Shown here in pieces: positions 14,567 to 23,500 of a DNA stretch of 32,000 nt. The stretch is from contig JBAZMW010000001.1 in NCBI GenBank assembly GCA_041649575.1, positions 30,001 to 62,000 on the forward strand. The letters run 5' to 3'. The stretch comes from Patescibacteria group bacterium. Its GTDB lineage: Bacteria; Patescibacteriota; Patescibacteriia; 2-01-FULL-39-33. Made by a program: the position numbers and the translations under genes. The notes beneath the pieces were generated by a model that saw only the letters and a program-made list of their open reading frames with translations, made no database searches and was not told the origin of the DNA. Each line of letters opens with the position of its first letter. The first letter of the stretch is position 1.

Positions 14567-17500
14567 ATGAATCCAGGAGAAGGAACAAAAAAGATAACGA
14601 AAAATCTATTTAACAAGGTGATAGTGGTTGGTTTTTTGTTAAGTTTTTTTATTCCAGCTTTGGTTATAGCGCAGGAGGTTGTTCCAGGAATTAGCGGCGT
14701 TAATGTGGCGGATGTGCACGATGAAAATGCTTTTAGGGTGGCTACGGAAGGAGGGGGAGATGCTGTGATTACTTGCAATAATTTTGTCGCTGGCGGTTTG
14801 GCAACATCCGGAGATATAGCCGCTTTAATTAAATGTATAGAAAGCGGGACTAAGGCGCAAAACAAAACGGTTGACAAGAATACCCTCAAGCAACTCAAGG
14901 CCTTGGAACAAAAGCAGCAGCGTGAAGAATTGTTCAGTAAAATGAAGGATGAGCTGAAAAAGAGCATGGCCGGCGCTTTTAAGACCATGCTACGGCAATT
15001 TTCCAAACAATTGGCTTATGACACGGCCGTTTGGGTAGCTTCTGGCGGCAAGGGGCAACAGCCGCTGTTTATGACCGAGGGTATCGGCGCTTATTTGCGA
15101 AATCAGCTAGATAATGCCCTGGGTGTGTTTTTGGACGAACTGGGCCGCTATTATGGCGTGGATGTCTGTACGCCAAATTTCCAGATTAGAGCGCTCCTGC
15201 CCGGTTATTTGGGCAGACCACAGGTGAGTGTTCGCTGTTCTTTTACTAAAATGATCAGTAATTGGCAGAGTGCGGCCCAAAATGCCAGCTTTGCCGTGGA
15301 GTACAGAAGATTTTTGAGGCCAGGAGAAAATGATATTTCTTCGCTACTAATGATTAAAACCGGTTTGAGCAACAAACTAGACCAAGAATTAAGAGATAGC
15401 GTTTTAAATGTTTTATCGAAAGATGGCTGGAAGGATGTTAAAGATTTTGCCGGCTGGGTTTTGACTCCGGGCACCATGGTGCGCAAGGCCACCGAAAACG
15501 CCATTGATCCCCAAAATACTTCGATAGCGGACTACACCTATACCGATACACTCTGGGATTTTATCGAAACTTTTTTGAACACGCTGACGGGAAAACTCTT
15601 AGAAAATTTAATGACTGGCTTTTTCAGCTCCGGCGGCAATACCCAAAATTTCACTACCGGTAATTCAAGCTCCAGTTTATTTAATCCTTTGGCGCAACCG
15701 TTTAGCGAGGGCCAAGAAGGAGCACAGGAAAGATTTCTGAGTCTGGTGGAGGGAAGTTTGCAGGTGGGCGGTGTTTACGATATTTTGAACAAACTGACCC
15801 AATGCCTGGATTCCAGTAAAAGCAATTTAGGGCCGACAGACTGTGTTATTGATCAGGCCCTGGCTCAAGCCATAAGAGAAAAAAAATTAGTCAAAGATTT
15901 ATCCGCGGATATTTTAAATCGTCAGTTCGCTCCCTCTATCTCGGCCAACATCAATCCGCAGACAGTTTTTACCTTAAGAAATATTGTTATCTTGAGAAAA
16001 TATCGAATCGTGCCTGTTGGCTGGGAAGTCGCCGCCAAACTGGTCAATGAAAAAGCCAAACAAATTTATACTTTGCGTCAGTTGATGGAGTGTTATAACG
16101 GCTGTGATCGTTTTGGCAAAGAAGAGGATTTTTGCGGCAATCCGGCCGTGGAAGACACCAGTAGCTGGTGCCGAGGACTGGTTGATCCCAACTGGGTCTT
16201 AAAGGCGCCGGAACTATTCTGCCGGCGGGAAGGATACGGGATCGAAAGCGGCGCCATTGATTCCCAGAACAGTGTCAGTCGGGATAAATATTGCGCCGAC
16301 GAACAGCAATGCATCAAAGAAGATGAAAAAGGCAATTGTTTGGCCTATGGTTATTGCACCAAAGAACGCCGGACTTGGGATTTTAATTCTTCCACCTGCG
16401 ACCCGAAATTCAACACTTGCTTTAATTTTAAATCGCGAACGGGAGCTGCCAACGCTTATTTGGCCAACACCCTTGATTATAGGGATTGCGACGCTCAAGT
16501 GGCTGGTTGTCGTTGGCTGGCTACGGCTTTGAATCCGGTTAGTAATTATTGGTTGAATCTAACCTATAAAACGAACGAGCTGGGCAAACCCAAGGAAGTC
16601 TTAAAGACCTGCAATAATCCTCTGGGTTGCGAGGTGACGGGAGCCAGCGCAGCTGCCGCTGTGACTTATGGCCACAACATTAGCCCCGATGCCAAAACGA
16701 TCCTTTCCCAGCCCTGCAATAAAAGCGCCGGCTGTTCTTACGAAACCAGTAAGTGCACCATTCCTAACGGTGGCGTCACTTGTTCGCCAATAAAAGCAGC
16801 TTGTGACGGCCAAAATAATATTTTGGCCGGTTATAATGGCAATTTTGCCAAATGCGCCTCTTGGAATGCGGAAAAGTGGGAAGAGGGCTGGGGCGGCTCG
16901 GAGAATAATCACCACGCTTGCGTTACTGGTGTTGGCGTGACCGGCAGTGGCATCAAAGACGACAAGGCCCTGGCCAGCTATACCCTGGGCCAGCAGGTAA
17001 GCTCGGCCTTAAGAGACATCTCGGTTGAGCCAAATAAAAAATACATTCTGACTTTTGAAGCCAAGAAAAGCGCTCTGGATGCTTATGGTGGAGTTACTAG
17101 GGGTTCGGTTGCTGTCAAAGTGGAGTTTACCGATACCAGCGGCAAGAAGACCGATCAAGGAGTTGTCTTGGCGGCCGATGATTTGAGCGATACTGGTTAT
17201 CGGACTTTTACTATTGGCAATATCAATAACGGTAATAATGACAAGTTTACCATCAAAGTGACGACCAACGCCGGTTCTTATGGCAGTTTCTATTTTGATG
17301 AATTTATTTTGCGGGAGGTGACGGAGAACTGTTTTGAGACCAACCTGGTTTTGACTAATGGCGTTCAAACGGAAGACGACAGCAACAAGGAAATTTATTT
17401 TGACCGCGACATTCAGTCTTGCGACGCCAAAGACGAGGGCTGTAGCCAATTTATTCGCACCAAGGCCGGGTTGGGCAGCAACTTAATACCCAACAGCGGT

Positions 17501-20500
17501 TTTGAGATTGATGCTGGTGGCGATAATAAACCGGATGGCTGGGTAGAGAGAGGGCTGACCAATATTAGTCTGGACACCAACGATAAATATAAAGCCAAGA
17601 TAGTTTATAGCGCCGAAGGATATGATAAATATCCACTGATACCGGTAGAGGCCGGCGAATATTATGCCATTTCCTTTGATGCCGCTCAAGCTATTAGTGG
17701 CAACAATGACGAAGCTGATTTGGAAATGATTTTTTTGAACAAGGAAGCGGACGCGATTATTGGGGCAACCGGTATAAAAATCGACAAGACAAATTGCGCC
17801 CAGACCGGAGACAACACCATTACTTTGAGAAATTTGCCTGCAAATATGAATATGCAGAGGCAGTCTTGCTACTTTTTGGTGCCGGCCGGGGCCAGAGTTA
17901 TGGGTTATAAGCTGTTTTCGGCCACCGCCAGTGGAGTTAATTTTATTGACAACATAAAATTGGAAAAAATAAATTATTTCAGCTTGAACGCCTCGGTTTA
18001 TACACCCTATACGCCTTCGGAACGACCAGTAAGCCAGTTGGCTTTTGTCAAAAAGGCTCCTGCTTATTACGGCTGTTATAAAACCGGCAGTCTTTGGCCG
18101 CAGAGCGAGACTGAATTGGAAAGAGTTTTGCTTGGCCGCAGTGCGGCCTGCGCTAATTTTGCCAGCGTTTGTATCAGAGATGAAGTTGGTTGCGAACGTT
18201 ATAGTCCGCTAAATAAGGATCCGGCAGTGCCGGGCAAAATCAACGCGCTTAATATCTGCCCGGCGGAGTGTGTCGGCTACCAGCTGTATCGCAAAGAGAA
18301 AACTTATTTCGAAAGCGTAAGCTACGAAAAATTCATTGCCGACAAAAAACCGCAGTATTGCTCGGCCGCTTACGCCGGTTGTGATGAGTTTACCAATTTA
18401 GACGAAGTGGCCAAGGGCGGCGAGAGCAGGGAATACTATTCGCAACTGCGCGTTTGTCAGCAACCGGCCGCCGACGCCAGCGATGCCACTTATTACACCT
18501 GGGAGGGCAGCGACACCACCGGCTATCAGCTAAAAACTTATCAGTTGAAAAAAAGTCAGACGGACAGCTTTGATACTAATGCTCCCTGCACTGTTTTGGA
18601 TTATCCGGCCAGTTTAAATGGCAAGAACCAGTGTAATGACCTGAAAGATGACGGAACCAACAGCGTTGGTTCGGTTTCATTGCCGGCCGGCTACAGTAGT
18701 CTAAAGGGTTATTTAACGGTTTTACAGGGTTATACCGATACCAGTAGCAGCGATCCGAATTTACCCACTATTGTTAACTCGGGAATTTTGGACGAGTTGC
18801 ACGAGTTTGGCATCTGCGCCAAACAAGAGCTCAACGGCATCGTTTACAATCGAGGCACGATGGATGATGCCAGTGACGATATTTACATTTATGCCAATGC
18901 CGATTGCCGCGAGTTTTATGATGGCAGCGGCCAAGTCCATTATCGGCTGCTTTCCAAGGCAATCTTTTCTTCCAGCGAGTGCCATCCTTATCGTCGCAGC
19001 CAGGTTCAGACCGATACGGCCGAAGCCCAAGCCGATTGCCGAAATTCCCAAGGCTATTGGAATGCTAACGGAGAGTGTATTTATATGGCGATACCCGGCC
19101 AGGGAAAGACTTGCCCTGCCAGCGCCAAGGGTTGCCGTCAATATGTCGGCAATCAAGGCAACAACGTCCGTTTGAAGTTTTTTGATAATTTTGAGAGTAA
19201 TCTGGGCGCCTGGCAAGGCGGCGGTGTTCTGGCCATGGAAGCCACTAATCCGGGAGGCAAATCATTAAAGAAGGCGGGCGGTGGCGAGATTAGCCGGCCG
19301 GTTGCCACAGTCAAAAATAAGGCTTATATCTTAAGTTTTTGGGCCAAGGCTTCGGCCGACGCCGTTGTGCTGGATGCAATTAAATTTAAAGGAGCGGAAA
19401 ATAACTCCGACAATTATTTTGCCGAAAGCGACAGCGACGCCGACAATATCCCGCAAGCAGTTTTAAATACCACTTGGCAGAAATATGACTTAGGTCCGGT
19501 TTTTGTCACTTGGGACGAAAGAGCCGACGAAGCGCTAGAAATCAAAGCGCCGGCCGGAGTCGATGTCTTTTTTGACAACATAATTCTAAAAGAAGTTCAG
19601 CAAAACGTTTACCTGATCGCCAATACTTGGTTTACGCCTTTTGCTTGCGATAACATACTGGAAACACCCTTTGGGTCAGCCGGTGATTCCAATAATCCGA
19701 CTCGTGACAGCCAAGGAGAGATGCTCGGCTGTCAGGCTTACAATGATCGATCCGATCAACCCTGGTATTTGAAATCATTTTCCAGATTATGCCGCGAAGA
19801 CGCTGTGGGTTGCGAGGCCTTAATTAATACCTTTAACTCCGATTCTCCTTGGGGCAAGGAATTTAATAACGAAGACTTGGAAACGCATGATGACGTGACG
19901 GTCCAGAGCGATCAGGCGGTCTATTTGGTCAATGACAATCAATATGCTTGTCAGGCCGAGGATAAGGGTTGCACGGCTTTCGGCTTGCCCAGCGTCACCA
20001 AGTATGACGAAACAATAGGTTACAGCACTGTGTATTTGGAAAACGTTCCTGACCGTTATAGCTTTGATCTGTGCCGTTACCAAAATTTATGGTGCGAGGA
20101 ATTCTCCAGTGCCGATGCCCGCGAACTGTCTTATTTTAAGGATCCCAGAGACAAGCTGTGCGAGTACACCGCGATTTCCGGCAAGAATTACAGCAACTGG
20201 TATGCCAAAGGGACTAATAATCCCTGTCTGACCACCGCCACGCAAACGATTGGTCTGGGTTCGGCCGATGAGAAGCGGCAGCCAATCGGCTGGTATGACA
20301 ATAAAACAGAGACGGAGGTGGCGGATTATAAGGGTTGGGCCGGCCTGTGTCCGGCCGAGCAGAGCTCTTGCACCGAATATATCGATCCGCTGACCGAGGT
20401 TTATGAGGGTCTCTTTAATAAGGAGGAAAACAGTTTCAAAAACTGTGCCGGCGAAACTCCAGGAGCCGAGCAAAACAATTGCGGTTATTATGTGTTAGAA

Positions 20501-23500
20501 CTGGAGGACGAAAATCTTTATACCATCTCGATCAAGAGAACCAGCTCCGGCAATGTCGCCACCCAGCTAGTTTGCGATAATGAAATTTGGTCGCCGGATA
20601 AGAGTTTGGATGTGTCTGGCTCTAGTAAATTAATTTTAAACAGAGACAACGTCGGCGGCGATAAGCAGGTTAGCGGTAGATTTTATCTGGAAAGTACCGG
20701 CGCCGGCCAGGCCAGAGTCAATTGTCGCATTTACGATCCTGGTTTTGACGGCGAAGAGATCGAAGTGGTTAAGGCCGGGGTTTATTATCAATTGGCCAAA
20801 GCGGTCAATCGCGCCGCCTGCAACGGTTTGGTGGATATAGATAGCGGTTGCGTTTTGTTCAATGAGAGAGGAGAGATGAATTACTCCAAGCAGGGCGTGG
20901 AGAGAGTCCGCGATTATCTTGACTTTGACGCCGATGAAACTTTCAATTTGCAAATCAAAGCTGCCAGTAAAAATCCACAGCCGCCATTTTCAGCGATTTT
21001 GCCAGGCCAAAAAAATTCTAATTCGATCATTAAAGTGTCGCCAGACAGGGAATGCAGCGGCTGGCTGTTTTGCACCACTTACGAAAAAGCCAATCCCGAA
21101 GATACGGATTTGGCCTTTGGCAGTCAGGATAAGTGTTTGGAAATAGGCCTCTGCAGTCGCTTTGATAGCAAGGGAAATTGTTTGAAATATTCGCTGGGCA
21201 AAAAAGAAGCCCTGTCTACCAGCACCCCCGATTTTCAAAACTTAACGGGATACTCCATCAGCGGTTATTACCCGACAGATCTGATGGAACAAATCGGCAA
21301 TGCGGCCAACTTGCCCAATGGTAATTTTGAATCAACTTACTCGGGAACCAAAGAACCTCTTGGCTGGTATATCGGCGGCAGTCATTATGATTCGGACAAC
21401 ATCAAACAGCCAGGACAAGTCAGCGGCTGGGGCGATTATCGTTTTAGCATCGAACGGGATTCTGCCAATCGTAGGGAAGGCTCTGGTTATTTAAAATTAA
21501 ACGGAGCCTATGAGGCCGAATCGGAACTGGTAGATGTTTTCCCCAATGTTGATTACACTATTTCGGCCTGGGTAAACACGCTTAACCTGCAGCCCACTTC
21601 GACGCAAGCGGAAATTCTGGTCAGGGAGCTAAACGCCAGTGGCAATACTATAAAAAATTCCAACTGCTCGGCCGTGGCCGGCTGTTATGAAGTCAAAATC
21701 AATGGCATCTCCTGGTCTTTGTATGGCGGACTGAAATTAAAAGCCGGCCAGCCCTGGCTTAGAGTCAACCAGCGGATAAAAACTATGCCGGAAACTTCAA
21801 GATTGCAAATTAAACTGTTAAATTTTCTTAGTAGCCAGGATTATGTAAATTGTCGCGACCAGAACGCAGCCACCTATTGCAAAACGGGGGGCTACACTTT
21901 CTTTGACGATTTACAGATAAACGCCGCCCTGAAAGTTAATGACAAAGAGAACATAAAAAGAGACTGTCGCGCTTATCCCGAGCAGGATTCATTGGCCTGT
22001 CGGTATTTCAAAGATAATCAGTTTTTTTATGGCTGGTCCGGCTACTGCCTGACTTATGATCCGCTAAACTCTCGTTCCTGTCTGCAGTGGTGGCCGGTCG
22101 ACAATATAAAAGGGGAAGTGGAGGACGAGGTTTCCGGTTATGACAACAGAGTTCCTTTGTATTATTGTCTGTTAACCGAATTTGAAAGAGAATTGAAAGA
22201 AGTAAGTACCGATGTGATACAGGTTCAGGAAGCGGTCGGCGGCGCTATGCCGGTTGCCTCTCAGGCCCAAGGAGTGGCGGGAACAATTTTGGATTTTTTA
22301 GAATTCATTCTTAATATTGTGGGCGATGTCTTTCTGGGCGGAACTAATAGCGGAACAATCATAACCGACCTGATAGCCGGCGGCTTGCAGACTTTTGCCG
22401 GCATTGATGTCGGGTCGAGCGGCTCTTCGTCTTCAAAATCGAATATGCCTCAATGCGAAAGACTAAGCTTTGAGGATTTGAAATTCGATCCGACCACAAA
22501 AAGCTTGAATTCCTGGGTTGCCAGTATCACCGGGAATAATTCCAGAAACGTCGATGCCAAGTATCTGAAGCCGATAAGTTTGTATAATGTAGTCTATATC
22601 ACCCTGGATACCGGCTATGGCGGCGGCGGCGGCGTGGAATGCGAAGATCAGGGCGGGCATAATTTACAAAAAGTAAAATACACGGAAAATTTTATTCTTA
22701 GAGGTCTGTATAAATTGGTTGTCGGCGGTACTAGCAGTATAACTACCGAAGATTATGGTTATGTTTCTCCTGGCGATGGTACGGCCGGCCTGGATTATAG
22801 CGACAAGACTTATTGCGCGGGTTTTGTGACCTTTTTTGACAAAGACGAGAACGGTCATCGCAAAGGAGAAATAAAAAACATGATAGCCTGCGCTCAGGAT
22901 ACAGGGGAGTACACCCATCAGGACACCTTTAACTTTAAGTTTAAGATAGGCTACATGACAGACAAGCAGGGCCCGGCTTGCCAAATATTGGCTCAAGTGG
23001 TGACTCCGATGGGCAATAACAAGGCTTGGAGCAGAAGGGTGGCCAAGGGCAGTATTTTCACTATGCCTGGTCTTGGCACTTCGTATAATTCCGATTATCC
23101 TCCTTATGGCGCGGTGGTGCCGCCGGAGCCGGCGCATTATCCCGAGGTTTGGGATACCGACTTAACTCAAAAAGATAAGCAAAAATTATATCATTCCGCG
23201 CCGGAACTGGAAAGCCAAAAGCCCTATCAGGCCAGGGCGGGAGAAGTGTTTAGTTGCGTCAATTATGTCAATGATTTGCCAGGTTATGATGGAACAATGG
23301 GAGCGTTAAGAAGTATTTTTGGAGTCGCTTCCAGCTGGGCTTATAAGGTGCCTTGTTTTGAGGGCTGCCTGAAAGGCATCAGAACCGACAATGCCTGGCA
23401 GGGACTAACTTCCATAACCCAGTCGGTGCTGTGTGTTTGGAGACATTGCACCAACGCCTGCAATTTCATCGGCCGTTGCAGTCAGTCGGGCAGTGTTTGT

